DNA of 64,000 nt from sequence record MW822008.1; one strand, 5' to 3'. This document shows, one piece after another, positions 1-9,570 of this stretch (position 1 is its first letter; each line of letters starts with the position of its first letter). Made by a program: the position numbers and the translations under genes. This DNA is from Escherichia phage BF17. Under the pieces are notes generated by a model that was not told the origin of the DNA, searched no databases, and saw only the letters and a program-made list of their open reading frames with translations.

Positions 1-276
1 TTGTATATCCAATACGCTACGGTTGATGCTGGAGAATATCTCTACAGTGAAATCTATCGTTCGGTATGGATAAAGTTTTTGGATGAATTACATGAATATT
101 ACCATGATTTGTGCATAGTTCGTGATAATAAAATATACAAATTCCGCGATATTGTTAGTCATAGCGGTAAGCTACGATTGGAATTAAGTACTGATAGTGA
201 TGTTGATTGGATTGGTGTAAATTTACTGGAGTTGGAGAATGAAAAACAACTTAAAGGAAATACAAGTATTTTATAA
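1..276 (+). CDS. hypothetical protein, 5' end outside window
   Basis: ORF open from window edge; no start visible upstream. Confidence 0.4.
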   Translation: MYIQYATVDAGEYLYSEIYRSVWIKFLDELHEYYHDLCIVRDNKIYKFRDIVSHSGKLRLELSTDSDVDWIGVNLLELENEKQLKGNTSIL

Positions 277-523
277 ATTCTTATACTTGTCATATGTAAA
301 AGATGAGTACTATGAAAGTGTGTATTATTTTTTATGGCAACATTACCGTACTATAGTAAGAGATTTATATATAGGAAAATCTATCATATCCAATGGTGAA
401 AAATGTATATGTACGGATGTAGTTAGTTTTAATGGTTCTTTAACACTGTGTTTCAGATGCGATAATAATAGTGGGTCATTTTCATTAAACGTATATCAGT
501 TAGAAGGAATAAATTTTGAATAA
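239..523 (+). CDS. small hypothetical protein (YIGK-x-V paralog family)
   Basis: 94-aa ORF; contains LYIGKSII motif shared with other small ORFs in first 12 kb. Confidence 0.45.
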   Translation: MKNNLKEIQVFYKFLYLSYVKDEYYESVYYFLWQHYRTIVRDLYIGKSIISNGEKCICTDVVSFNGSLTLCFRCDNNSGSFSLNVYQLEGINFE

Positions 524-716
524 ATGTCCATATTGTAACAGTACTCAATTAGCTCGTTTCCGTTTAGATTCAGACTGGGCGACTGGTGCTGGTGATTTCT
601 TCCCTATTAATGATGATGCGGAATACACCGAAGAACAGCACAAAGATTTTGATAAATCATGGCGACCTGACATTGAGTGCATTTATTGCCTTAATTGTGA
701 GCGTGTTCATGACTAA
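516..716 (+). CDS. small zinc-ribbon protein
   Basis: 66-aa ORF with CPYC ... CLNC pairs of cysteines. Confidence 0.45.
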   Translation: MNKCPYCNSTQLARFRLDSDWATGAGDFFPINDDAEYTEEQHKDFDKSWRPDIECIYCLNCERVHD

Positions 717-972
717 AGCTGAACTAATAGTTCATACATATAAAATGATATCAAGTACTGAGTTATCATATAGTGCAGATAATCCAGTACTGGATTATTT
801 TGTTGAATTATTGAAAGAGCATTATATTGGTAAATCACTGATTCTTAATAATATTAATTTCACGGTAAAGGATGTAGCACCTGGAAAAAACGTACTAATA
901 GTATGTGTTACTTCATCTGATAACCCAGTATACCCAATATCAATAATTTTTGAGATATTAGGAGATTTATGA
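709..972 (+). CDS. small hypothetical protein (YIGK-x-V paralog family)
   Basis: Internal ATG of ORF 586..972 overlapping upstream stop (ATGA); motif EHYIGKSLI. Confidence 0.45.
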   Translation: MTKAELIVHTYKMISSTELSYSADNPVLDYFVELLKEHYIGKSLILNNINFTVKDVAPGKNVLIVCVTSSDNPVYPISIIFEILGDL

Positions 973-1259
973 ATATCATTTTAATGCAGAAAACATATGC
1001 TATATTGGTGAAAGATTATTCCATTACTTTCGATTCACAAGAAAGTGCTCTACATAACCTATACAAAAACGTAACACAAGAATACAGAAATATGTTTTCT
1101 GACTTAGTAGTAGGAAGGTATTTCAGTACTAGAAAATACCCAAAACTTCAAATAGTTGATGTTTCTTTTTATTTCAATGGTCATATTACTATTCATAGTT
1201 TAGACCAAGATTCAACAACGTACTTAAACTTTTCATTTGATGAGGTAACATTTTTATGA
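969..1259 (+). CDS. hypothetical protein
   Basis: 96-aa ORF, start overlaps upstream stop. Confidence 0.5.
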   Translation: MNIILMQKTYAILVKDYSITFDSQESALHNLYKNVTQEYRNMFSDLVVGRYFSTRKYPKLQIVDVSFYFNGHITIHSLDQDSTTYLNFSFDEVTFL

Positions 1260-1432
1260 GAACAGTATTTTTTATCTGGAGTCTTTTTTCATTGGCAGTA
1301 CTGACAGTATGTGGGATTTGTTTCCTTTCATCAATTAATACTTGGTATATCAATTTACTATTTCCATTTGTCGGTGTTGGTTTAGGGTTTACTTTGCATA
1401 GTGTATGTAAGGATTACAATGAGAACAAATGA
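1256..1432 (+). CDS. small hydrophobic membrane protein
   Basis: 58-aa ORF not in track (below length cutoff); ATGA overlap with upstream stop; GAGGT upstream; predicted 2 TM helices. Confidence 0.35.
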   Translation: MRTVFFIWSLFSLAVLTVCGICFLSSINTWYINLLFPFVGVGLGFTLHSVCKDYNENK

Positions 1433-1697
1433 AGTACTTATTGCTGAAACAATGAAGATGATTTACAATATCACGTCAGCACAGAATATGCCCTATCCAA
1501 CTAAGTCTTTATTGAGGACTGTGTATCTGGGGATAGTACAGGAGTACTACAAATCCAAGCACCGAAGCATTATTAGTGTTTATCGTGATTATGAAAGGAT
1601 TCGTATTTTATTCTGGAACAAGAATCGAGTACGTTCTGAATGTGACCTAGTGGACTTTAAATTAGAGAATCTTTATTGCTATAAACAGGGACAATAG
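1419..1697 (+). CDS. hypothetical protein
   Basis: ORF 1401..1697 trimmed to internal ATG preceded by AAGGA. Confidence 0.4.
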   Translation: MRTNEVLIAETMKMIYNITSAQNMPYPTKSLLRTVYLGIVQEYYKSKHRSIISVYRDYERIRILFWNKNRVRSECDLVDFKLENLYCYKQGQ

Positions 1698-1755
1698 TTT
1701 AATTCATGATATAATAATGGGTAAGGAACAATAATTAACACAAGGAGTGTGTGAA

Positions 1756-2484
1756 ATGCTTGACCGTATCCGTTTCGCTACAGAGATGGCGAATGAATTA
1801 AACATGGCAAATTTCCAAATGTTAACATCAGTAATGGCTGAACATGCATGTGCTTATTCTGTAAGTGGTGTGCAGTGTGGTCAGGAGAATATGTTAGCAG
1901 ATGTTTATAGTGAAGTGCAAAGTAAGCAATATAGTGTGAAGACATATAAGGATAAGTTTGTTAGTCTTTATATGAACGAAGATATTGCCGAAGACCGCAA
2001 ATTCACTGATTTTATTATTGAACGCCGAGTATCAGGTGTATCTAATCCTAATGCATCAAGCGAGGAAGTTTTTGCAGAAGTACTGAAAGATATATACGAA
2101 AATGAATTAAAAAGTAAGAATCATTACAATGTACGTGAAACTAACACAGTGCTCTTGGGATATGATGAAGACGAAGAATACTATTATTTTCGTATGACTG
2201 AAGTTCCTTTTGAATACAAATCTCCATATACAACTACAGTGAAAGAATTTACTGAAAAAAGTAAAAACTTCATGAAGCATGAAGGAAATCGTTGTAGTAT
2301 AAATGGTTATGACGAAAATGGCATTCACATTTATGAGTGGGTTCACCCAAATTGTCAGACATACACTCGTTGCTTGAAAAAACGTTATAATTTAGAAGAG
2401 CATGAATCATTCTATTTTAAAGTTAAGAAGCAAGGTTATACTCGCCCCGCTGATTCTGAATTGTTGGGTATGATATATTTCTAA
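1756..2484 (+). CDS. hypothetical protein
   Basis: ORF 1747..2484; ATG at 1756 preceded by AAGGAG. Confidence 0.55.
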   Translation: MLDRIRFATEMANELNMANFQMLTSVMAEHACAYSVSGVQCGQENMLADVYSEVQSKQYSVKTYKDKFVSLYMNEDIAEDRKFTDFIIERRVSGVSNPNASSEEVFAEVLKDIYENELKSKNHYNVRETNTVLLGYDEDEEYYYFRMTEVPFEYKSPYTTTVKEFTEKSKNFMKHEGNRCSINGYDENGIHIYEWVHPNCQTYTRCLKKRYNLEEHESFYFKVKKQGYTRPADSELLGMIYF

Positions 2485-2494
2485 GGAAACGGCT

Positions 2495-2776
2495 ATGGAT
2501 TTTTATCTACACACATGGACATACGAACAATATATTACATTATATCTTGAAATTATTAACACAGAACCTAGGTGTGGTTGTTGGTTCGCAGATATCATAA
2601 AAGAGTATGCTGACGAGTTCGAGTTTGTGTATCTTGGGTCTGATATATTTGTAAAAAGTGTAGGTAAAACCGGACGAATCACTGATATAGATTACGACAC
2701 TGTTAGTGTTAATTTCTATGTTGATTTTCCTGATACTGGCGTTGATGGTGTATATTGTCTTTATGAAATAATTTAA
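2495..2776 (+). CDS. small hypothetical protein (paralog family-like)
   Basis: 93-aa ORF; motif FVYLGSDIFVKSVG; followed by terminator. Confidence 0.5.
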   Translation: MDFYLHTWTYEQYITLYLEIINTEPRCGCWFADIIKEYADEFEFVYLGSDIFVKSVGKTGRITDIDYDTVSVNFYVDFPDTGVDGVYCLYEII

Positions 2777-2783
2777 ATTCTTA

Positions 2784-2808
2784 GGCCAGCGTTTGCTGGT
2801 CTTTTTTC
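2784..2808 (+). terminator. rho-independent terminator
   Basis: GCCAGC-GTTT-GCTGGT hairpin followed by TCTTTTTT. Confidence 0.6.
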
Positions 2809-2820
2809 GCAGGTACAAAG

Positions 2821-3123
2821 ATGTTCAGTATAGATTTAATTAACAGTACTATCAAAATGTTGGCTGATTTGGTGAGACAATCCAATGGAACTTTATATCC
2901 ATCAATGTATAAAATGTTTGACCGATACATCAAGGATTGTAACATATCATTATATGGACTTACTGTTGATATAGACGATTACTATGGAATTAATACTTCA
3001 TATAAAACAGGAATTTTAATTGGTATTAATATAAAGATGGGGTATTTCCCTTATTACTGTATAGGATTACCAGATAATACTTTGGTAGAATATCCAGCCA
3101 GTACTATTAAATTAAGAGGATAA
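2821..3123 (+). CDS. hypothetical protein
   Basis: 100-aa ORF. Confidence 0.5.
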   Translation: MFSIDLINSTIKMLADLVRQSNGTLYPSMYKMFDRYIKDCNISLYGLTVDIDDYYGINTSYKTGILIGINIKMGYFPYYCIGLPDNTLVEYPASTIKLRG

Positions 3124-3130
3124 AACTAAA

Positions 3131-3709
3131 ATGAATGTATTAGAATTAAGTACTAAGCTGATTAGTATGCGTAATGAGTGGTACGATTGGTTTTATAATG
3201 GTACTGATATGAATTTTTCAAAATATCCATTTATGGAATCAGGATGTGATTCAAGATACCGCTGGTTGAGCAAAAGTGATTCTGGTTTACATATTAGAAT
3301 CGATGATAGTGGTCGAGGAATTATACACGATTTACTTCAAGTTGATCAATTCGTCCATGACAATTGGTGTGATAACGATCCATACCTTGGAAATATGATT
3401 TATATAAGTGAAGATGATTGCGTATTCGTTATCCAGCGACATGGTAATTCTATGTTTTATGTAGCAGACAGCAGTACACCAGAAGGTGCAGCAGCCGATG
3501 GACTTATGCCTAAGATTGATATATTGGAATTTGGATTACCTGAGCACTTCCAGATTAGTACTTTATACGATATTCCACCACTTGAGTTCTTTGAAGAATT
3601 TAAATTGTACTTCAATGATCTTCAAAAATTGAGTACTGATAGACGCATTGAAATAACTGTTAAGTACATGGACGGAACGAAATTAACCGATACGGGGATA
3701 GAATTTTGA
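3131..3709 (+). CDS. hypothetical protein
   Basis: 192-aa ORF. Confidence 0.55.
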   Translation: MNVLELSTKLISMRNEWYDWFYNGTDMNFSKYPFMESGCDSRYRWLSKSDSGLHIRIDDSGRGIIHDLLQVDQFVHDNWCDNDPYLGNMIYISEDDCVFVIQRHGNSMFYVADSSTPEGAAADGLMPKIDILEFGLPEHFQISTLYDIPPLEFFEEFKLYFNDLQKLSTDRRIEITVKYMDGTKLTDTGIEF

Positions 3710-4395
3710 TTAAAGATTTAGATAGAATTTTATATGTACTAAGGGGTGTAATTACATTACATCCACAAATCAATCGAATTGAAAGTACATTTCAGTTGGA
3801 GTCAAGAGAAACTCCATATTCACATATATCAAATGTAGTTGGTTCACTCAGTACTGAAGACTCGTCTTACGATATTTGTGTATGTGAAGTACAACCAAGT
3901 TCGGATCTTGGATTTGCTATTTTTGATAAAAATCAAAATCTCATTAGTATGTTTCAGTGCAATAATCCTTTTTGGAAAACATGCCTGTATCCAGAGTGGG
4001 CTATGCTTGATCCAACCAAGAGTACCATTAAAGTTTATGACTCTAAAAATGATGAAGTCGTTATTGATTTAGATGAGTCAATGTCAGAGGAAGAACACTT
4101 TCAGCTAATGATGATGCGTGCTATGCCTGAATACAATGCAATGATTAACACAGTGCAATACATTAAGGATACCATGCCAGCGTTGCGTACACATGAGTTT
4201 TGTCATCCGGTATTGTATGAACATCTAGATTTAGACTTCAGTACTATTAAATTTAAAGATAGTGTTAAAAAATATATTCAAGAGAATGTTAAATTTGATT
4301 TTATTAGTACTATGAACAATAATCCAAAAACTAATTTTAGGCATCAGTACAATGAATCTTTGTCTAATGGACGTGATACCAGTTGGTGGAAATAA
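3706..4395 (+). CDS. hypothetical protein
   Basis: 229-aa ORF, ATGA overlap with upstream gene. Confidence 0.55.
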   Translation: MIKDLDRILYVLRGVITLHPQINRIESTFQLESRETPYSHISNVVGSLSTEDSSYDICVCEVQPSSDLGFAIFDKNQNLISMFQCNNPFWKTCLYPEWAMLDPTKSTIKVYDSKNDEVVIDLDESMSEEEHFQLMMMRAMPEYNAMINTVQYIKDTMPALRTHEFCHPVLYEHLDLDFSTIKFKDSVKKYIQENVKFDFISTMNNNPKTNFRHQYNESLSNGRDTSWWK

Positions 4396-4396
4396 T

Positions 4397-4660
4397 ATGA
4401 ATATTCAAGATAGATTACAATTACTGTACACACTTGAACAGGCTGCTTATGATCTTGTTCGAAAAATCTCAGATGAACTACCTAAAGGAACTAAAGTTCG
4501 TGTACGTGAGATGAATTATTTTTCTGGAGTAATTGAAGAACAAGTACTAACAGTGAATAAAGTAACATACTATGAATCTGAGTTGTCTATTCAGTGTGAA
4601 TCTGATGATGGATTAATATCATATTATGGAACTGATGTAGATATAGAGGTAATAAAATGA
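4397..4660 (+). CDS. small hypothetical protein (paralog family)
   Basis: ORF 4352..4660 trimmed to ATG after upstream stop; motif GTKVRVREM. Confidence 0.5.
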   Translation: MNIQDRLQLLYTLEQAAYDLVRKISDELPKGTKVRVREMNYFSGVIEEQVLTVNKVTYYESELSIQCESDDGLISYYGTDVDIEVIK

Positions 4661-5799
4661 CCCTTTTGCAAATATATGAAGATTTAATGCACTTATGTAA
4701 TACAAACGATGCATTCTTTTATGTGGATCATAAAAGTCCTGCTGGTGGCACGTATCGTGTATTCAGTTATCGTCTAGCATCATACACTGATTTCATGCAA
4801 CCAAATGCGTTGGAAACCCGTGGCTCTATGTGGGAAATTGATGAAGAAGGTGACATGATACGTTGTGCAGCACGTACAATGAAAAAGTTCTTCAATGCTT
4901 ACGAGAATCCTGCTACAATGTTCCCTGCTAACACCACATGCGATGACATTGCGGTAGTGATGCCTAAGTTGGATGGCTCGATCATCAGTACTTATCGTGA
5001 TAATGATGGTGAGATTCGTTGTAAATCACATACTGCATTGTATTCTGACCATGCGATTAACAGCACTCGACTTATTAACGAGAACCAGAATTTGTATCAG
5101 TACATCGACGAAGCGGAACGTTTAGGTTACACAGTTAATATGGAGTATACAAGCCCAGAGTACCGAATTGTATTACCATATCAGGTAGAACAACTGTTTG
5201 TACTGAACGTTCGTCATCGTGTGAGTGGTGAGTTGCTTTGTGGTAAAGCACTACGTGATAAGTTTCCATGTCTTGCACAGTACAGTACTAATATGACTGG
5301 AAAAGATATTCATCACACTTTTCCGGTACGAAATACCTTCCGTGAAAGCGTGGAGGAAGTTCATAAAATGCTTGATATTGAGGGTTTTGTGTGCATCCTA
5401 AATAATGGGACAATGTGTAAAATAAAGACTGACTGGTACAGTTCATTACATCTTACAAAAGATAGTATTATTATTGATTCTCATTTATATGAAGCAGTAT
5501 TAAATGGTTCAAGTGATGATTTAAAACAATTGTTCAGTACTGATGAATATGCTATGCAAAAGATATTAAGAATGGAACAATTGGTATTTTCGTGCTATAA
5601 TGCATTACAAGATGAAGTAGAAAGCTTCGTCAAGGAACACAAGCACTTGGAGCGAAAGGAATTCGCAATGAAGGTTCAGGAGTGTTTAACTAATGAACTG
5701 AATCGTCAGGGCTTGGCCTTTGCAATGTATAACAATAAGAAAGTTGATTACAAAGAGACTCTTATAAAATACATGAAAATTGTACTAAAGGATTTTTAG
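4657..5799 (+). CDS. rnlA: RNA ligase 1 (T4 RnlA-like)
   Basis: 380 aa; N-terminus, FFY, YRVFSY, LE.RG and KxDGS nucleotidyl-lysine motif align with T4 Rnl1 (recalled from memory). Confidence 0.85.
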   Translation: MTLLQIYEDLMHLCNTNDAFFYVDHKSPAGGTYRVFSYRLASYTDFMQPNALETRGSMWEIDEEGDMIRCAARTMKKFFNAYENPATMFPANTTCDDIAVVMPKLDGSIISTYRDNDGEIRCKSHTALYSDHAINSTRLINENQNLYQYIDEAERLGYTVNMEYTSPEYRIVLPYQVEQLFVLNVRHRVSGELLCGKALRDKFPCLAQYSTNMTGKDIHHTFPVRNTFRESVEEVHKMLDIEGFVCILNNGTMCKIKTDWYSSLHLTKDSIIIDSHLYEAVLNGSSDDLKQLFSTDEYAMQKILRMEQLVFSCYNALQDEVESFVKEHKHLERKEFAMKVQECLTNELNRQGLAFAMYNNKKVDYKETLIKYMKIVLKDF

Positions 5800-5829
5800 T
5801 ACTATCTAGCCTAAGCACAAGGAGAAGTG

Positions 5830-6084
5830 ATGGCTAAACCTAAGTATAAAAATGACGGTTCCCTTTCTCCGACTGAGTTCAGGAAAATACAAGAAGAAAT
5901 CGATGAATTACAGCACAAACGCTCAATGAAAGGTGTGAAGATAAGTAAGAAACGAATCGAGAATACCTTCGGATGTAGTAGTACTGAATACAAGAAGAAA
6001 AGGAAACCAAAAGGTGTTAAGCCGAGAATACATGATGTAACTCGCTATACATCGAAACGTGAAAATAAATTTGATCCACTATAA
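5830..6084 (+). CDS. small basic protein
   Basis: ORF 5827..6084; ATG at 5830 after AAGGAG; K/R-rich C-terminus. Confidence 0.5.
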   Translation: MAKPKYKNDGSLSPTEFRKIQEEIDELQHKRSMKGVKISKKRIENTFGCSSTEYKKKRKPKGVKPRIHDVTRYTSKRENKFDPL

Positions 6085-6093
6085 GGAGTTCAT

Positions 6094-6330
6094 ATGAAAG
6101 TTGAAGTTCAGCATAGTATTGTTCAGGATATGTCAGTAGTTAAATTTCTTTCTCTGAAAGATTACTTCAGATGTATCAAGTTCCTAGAAGAATCTCAATT
6201 ACAGTGGACCCCATTAAAGTACAGTTCATCCAATGATACTGCTAGTATTCGTTGTGATGAATCTGTACTTGTGAAAATCTCCAAGCGATTTGGAGTTGGG
6301 AAATATAATGATAAACAATGCACAAAGTAA
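6094..6330 (+). CDS. hypothetical protein
   Basis: 78-aa ORF. Confidence 0.45.
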   Translation: MKVEVQHSIVQDMSVVKFLSLKDYFRCIKFLEESQLQWTPLKYSSSNDTASIRCDESVLVKISKRFGVGKYNDKQCTK

Positions 6331-6619
6331 TTTACTATATATAAAGTCAGTAGAAGCTGAAATTAAAAATTCAGTACAAACTATCGTCGATGAAATGATT
6401 GACAAATACAAGAGCAATCTTATTGGGAAGAAAGTCAGATGTTGGGATTACACATTCAAACACTGGTACGATTCCGAGATTGTGAAAGTTGATGTGAATA
6501 CTGATAGTAATGGTCTAATTAATGGTATTGCGTATATTGGTGTTTTAATACGCAAGGGAACACCACAGGAATGGCTAACTTATCATAATATAGAGCATGT
6601 TAAATTTTTAGAGGATTAA
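6308..6619 (+). CDS. small hypothetical protein (paralog family)
   Basis: ORF 6290..6619, internal ATG; motif NLIGKKVRCWDY. Confidence 0.45.
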   Translation: MINNAQSNLLYIKSVEAEIKNSVQTIVDEMIDKYKSNLIGKKVRCWDYTFKHWYDSEIVKVDVNTDSNGLINGIAYIGVLIRKGTPQEWLTYHNIEHVKFLED

Positions 6620-6622
6620 AGG

Positions 6623-7555
6623 ATGCCAACTATCACACTAACAGTTGGATTGCCTGGGTGTGGTAAAACTACATGGGCAGTGCAAGAGATTAAAAACGCC
6701 AAATCCAAGACTATCAACATCAACCGTGATGATATTCGTGAATCTATGGCTGGGTCACATGATGCTTACAAATTCAACGATGCTAATGAGCAGTACGTAA
6801 CTAATTTACAGTTCAGTGCAGCAAATTCAGCAGCAGAGAATGGTTGGAACATCATCATATCCGATACAAACCTTAAACAACATTTCCGTAATCTCTGGAA
6901 AGTATGGGCTAAAGATAATGGTTATGATTACAAAGAAAAGAACTTCTATGATGATTTTGTACCTAATGAAGACCGTGGTGCAGATGTTCATGAATTCTTT
7001 AAGATTAAAGAGTTCGTAAAACTTTGTAAGAAATATAACCTCCAGCGTGAGCGTTCAGTACAAGATGATATCATTGACACAATGGCAGATACGTACTATT
7101 ATAGTAAGGCATTACACATTGGTTACTATGGTAATTCACGCGAAGCTGCTATCATCGTTGATATCGATGGAACTCTTGCTCATAAATGGGGTCGTAATCC
7201 TTACGATGAAAGTACTGTTCTTCAGGATACACCTGATGAAGAAGTTATTTTGTCTATTATCGCTGAAGCAGTTTTTCATAAACGCAAGATTATCGTCATG
7301 AGTGGGCGTACTGAAGGGTGTCGTGCTGATACCGAACAGTGGCTTAAGAATTGGGGTGTTCCTTACGATGCATTGTTTATGCGAGATATCGATGATAAAC
7401 GTCCTGATGATGTTGTAAAATTCGACCTGTACATGAAAAATGTGGTTGATCATTACGATGTTAAAAAGGTATATGATGACCGCGATCAAGTTGTATTCAT
7501 GTGGCGTAAGCTACTTGGGTTGAAAGTTTTCCAAGTGGCTGAAGGAAATTTCTAA
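6623..7555 (+). CDS. pseT: polynucleotide 5'-kinase/3'-phosphatase (T4 PseT-like)
   Basis: 310 aa; P-loop GLPGCGKTT, NINRDD, HAD phosphatase motif VDIDGTLA, C-terminal WQVAEGNF closely match T4 Pnk. Confidence 0.9.
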   Translation: MPTITLTVGLPGCGKTTWAVQEIKNAKSKTININRDDIRESMAGSHDAYKFNDANEQYVTNLQFSAANSAAENGWNIIISDTNLKQHFRNLWKVWAKDNGYDYKEKNFYDDFVPNEDRGADVHEFFKIKEFVKLCKKYNLQRERSVQDDIIDTMADTYYYSKALHIGYYGNSREAAIIVDIDGTLAHKWGRNPYDESTVLQDTPDEEVILSIIAEAVFHKRKIIVMSGRTEGCRADTEQWLKNWGVPYDALFMRDIDDKRPDDVVKFDLYMKNVVDHYDVKKVYDDRDQVVFMWRKLLGLKVFQVAEGNF

Positions 7556-7562
7556 TACAAAA

Positions 7563-7590
7563 GGGATCATATATTGGTCCCTTTTTCTTT
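7563..7590 (+). terminator. rho-independent terminator
   Basis: GGGATC/GGTCCC hairpin with G-U pair, then TTTTTCTTTT. Confidence 0.6.
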
Positions 7591-7622
7591 TAAGGTACAT
7601 TATAGTGAATGTAACAACACAG

Positions 7623-7781
7623 ATGTTATTACAAAAAGACTACTTAGAAAATATAGAACGATACTATAGATTGTCTTTGTATGAAAATAAGCATAAAAAT
7701 TATAGTTTTGATAAACTACTAAATTCCAGTACTGATGATTATCTATTTTCATCAATGTTTTATGTGAGAGGTTTATTATAA
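7623..7781 (+). CDS. possible small ORF (52 aa)
   Basis: ATG ORF ending in TAATG overlap with next gene; not in track; weak. Confidence 0.25.
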   Translation: MLLQKDYLENIERYYRLSLYENKHKNYSFDKLLNSSTDDYLFSSMFYVRGLL

Positions 7782-8041
7782 TGGATAAATTTCACACAGA
7801 TATAACACAGATAGGTAATCTTATCAATAGTCTAATTACTGATTTAGAAGAAAAGTACTTAGGTCGAAATGTATACGTAGAAATGTATGAAACATATGGT
7901 GTTATTGATATGATTTATTACAGTGCATTGAAGTGTGAAATACGTTTAACAGTATGTTTGTTTGAAAAAAATACATTCAACAGAAGTACTGCAATTCGCC
8001 AAGTTGGAGTTGATGATATAGAATTATACGAGGAACAATGA
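7781..8041 (+). CDS. small hypothetical protein (paralog family)
   Basis: 86-aa ORF; motif EEKYLGRNVYVEMY. Confidence 0.5.
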   Translation: MDKFHTDITQIGNLINSLITDLEEKYLGRNVYVEMYETYGVIDMIYYSALKCEIRLTVCLFEKNTFNRSTAIRQVGVDDIELYEEQ

Positions 8042-8292
8042 TGTTTGAGCAGGACTTAGAGATATTCAAAAGTCATATTGATTACTTGACTATATTAGAA
8101 AATGATTTAACTACAAAGTACAAAGGCATTCGTGTTCTGTGCTGGTATGATGATTGGGATTATAAACGTGAACTCACGATTGATCGAATTTATTTCAGTG
8201 ACGGTGTACTAAATGTACATGGTGTAAATGATTTTGGTCATTCATATACATATTCTAATAATGCTAAATTTAAAAGGATCTACAATGAATGA
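8038..8292 (+). CDS. small hypothetical protein (paralog family)
   Basis: 84-aa ORF; motif TKYKGIRVLCWYDD. Confidence 0.5.
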   Translation: MMFEQDLEIFKSHIDYLTILENDLTTKYKGIRVLCWYDDWDYKRELTIDRIYFSDGVLNVHGVNDFGHSYTYSNNAKFKRIYNE

Positions 8293-8587
8293 ATATTATC
8301 ATAATTTATTCGATTACATAAAACTAATAGATGATCTTTCTTTTGAATTTCTCAGTACTGAAAAAGTTCTTGAACCTCTCTATTATGATTGTATTAGTTC
8401 ACTATGTTTAGATGAAAAAGAGATATTAGCAAACAACTTACCATCCACGGTCTGTACAATCAATGGTTCCAAGGCATTAGTGTGCGAGGTTAATTTTCAT
8501 AAATCACTTAATACAATTGTTTACAAGTTCGATAACACTTGGGTAAATCATGTAACCAGTAATATTAAATCTGTGAGATTTTTATGA
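8285..8587 (+). CDS. hypothetical protein
   Basis: ORF 8228..8587 trimmed to ATG overlapping upstream stop. Confidence 0.5.
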   Translation: MNEYYHNLFDYIKLIDDLSFEFLSTEKVLEPLYYDCISSLCLDEKEILANNLPSTVCTINGSKALVCEVNFHKSLNTIVYKFDNTWVNHVTSNIKSVRFL

Positions 8588-8880
8588 ATATAAAAAAATT
8601 ATTTGAACAAGTAAATTTATTGTACTGGTGTTCAGACGGTTCAGATAAGGAATATAGTGAAGTTTATTTAGAACTGTTTAGAACTGAAATTCATCAAATT
8701 CGAAGATACCTAATTGATAACAAAACTAAAGTACAAGTAAGATACCATAACGGTACTTTAAAGAATGGTGTAATTATTGGATTGATAGTTACACGAATGT
8801 CTAATAATATTAAAGTTGCAGTTAGATTAATGACTGATGATGGTGTCTACACAATAGAAGCTAGTGAGATTATATATTAA
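8584..8880 (+). CDS. hypothetical protein
   Basis: 98-aa ORF, ATGA overlap. Confidence 0.5.
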   Translation: MNIKKLFEQVNLLYWCSDGSDKEYSEVYLELFRTEIHQIRRYLIDNKTKVQVRYHNGTLKNGVIIGLIVTRMSNNIKVAVRLMTDDGVYTIEASEIIY

Positions 8881-9186
8881 ATGGATATACAAACATTCAA
8901 TAAACTTAAGTACTATGATGATGGTTTTGCATTAATAATTAACGAACTTGATGGAATACCATACGAATATCATAATCAAGTAATGAAGATAATAAAATGT
9001 ATATGTGAAGAATTAAAAAGTATATTTAAAAATGAATATGTTTATGATTTAGGTAATAATAGCAAAAAACTATACATAAAGAAATTCTGGGGAACGCATT
9101 GCGGTTTGATGGTCGATTTAGGTTTAAGTTTAGACGATAATTCTGAATCATGTTCATTATATATAGATGAAATGCGAATATCATGA
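8881..9186 (+). CDS. hypothetical protein
   Basis: 101-aa ORF directly abutting upstream stop. Confidence 0.5.
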   Translation: MDIQTFNKLKYYDDGFALIINELDGIPYEYHNQVMKIIKCICEELKSIFKNEYVYDLGNNSKKLYIKKFWGTHCGLMVDLGLSLDDNSESCSLYIDEMRIS

Positions 9187-9212
9187 GACGTATCAGAATT
9201 CGGTGATATAAT
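9184..9212 (+). promoter_or_regulatory. candidate early promoter (extended -10)
   Basis: TGAGAC ... 17 nt ... TGATATAAT; -10 lies inside GGTGAT/ATCACC inverted repeat. Confidence 0.35.
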
Positions 9213-9243
9213 TTGATTACATCACCAATAGGGAGAAGTTGAA

Positions 9244-9570
9244 GTGAATGGTTCGTTTTTAACAATATTAGAAAAGACAACCGAGATGCTTTCTAGCTCG
9301 TTAATGCAGATTTTCAGTACTAATAATTTATACAATACCCAGGTGTTAGATTCAATTAATAATAACTATGTGGTAAGTATATCTGATGAAATATGTCCAT
9401 TTAATGCGTATTCAATTTATAGTGTAGAAGAGTTTCATATATCCGAGATTCGATGTGGTTTTGGTGCTTGGTTAGTTCTAAATGAACGTTCAGGGTTGTC
9501 TTTATACATCGAAGAAGTTAGTAAATTTATATACAAAGGAGTAGAATATGTTAACCCCAATTATTCTTAG
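9244..9570 (+). CDS. hypothetical protein (GTG start)
   Basis: 108-aa ORF, GTG start preceded by GGGAGAAG. Confidence 0.45.
   Translation: MNGSFLTILEKTTEMLSSSLMQIFSTNNLYNTQVLDSINNNYVVSISDEICPFNAYSIYSVEEFHISEIRCGFGAWLVLNERSGLSLYIEEVSKFIYKGVEYVNPNYS

Noticed and set aside
2107-2346. Minus-strand ORFs from the six-frame track (e.g. 2107..2346, 2540..2818, 5811..5993, 7136..7489, 13436..13717, 14622..15212, 17388..17690, 25403..25669, 27952..28294, 38276..38473, 46079..46264, 61154..61438, 61999..62283)
   Set aside because: Each lies entirely within a longer, motif-supported or well-initiated + strand gene, and they lack ribosome-binding sites; treated as shadow ORFs.
6816-7301. Alternative-frame + strand ORFs inside pseT (6816..7019, 7047..7301)
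   Set aside because: Embedded in the Pnk coding frame, which is supported by end-to-end similarity to T4 Pnk.
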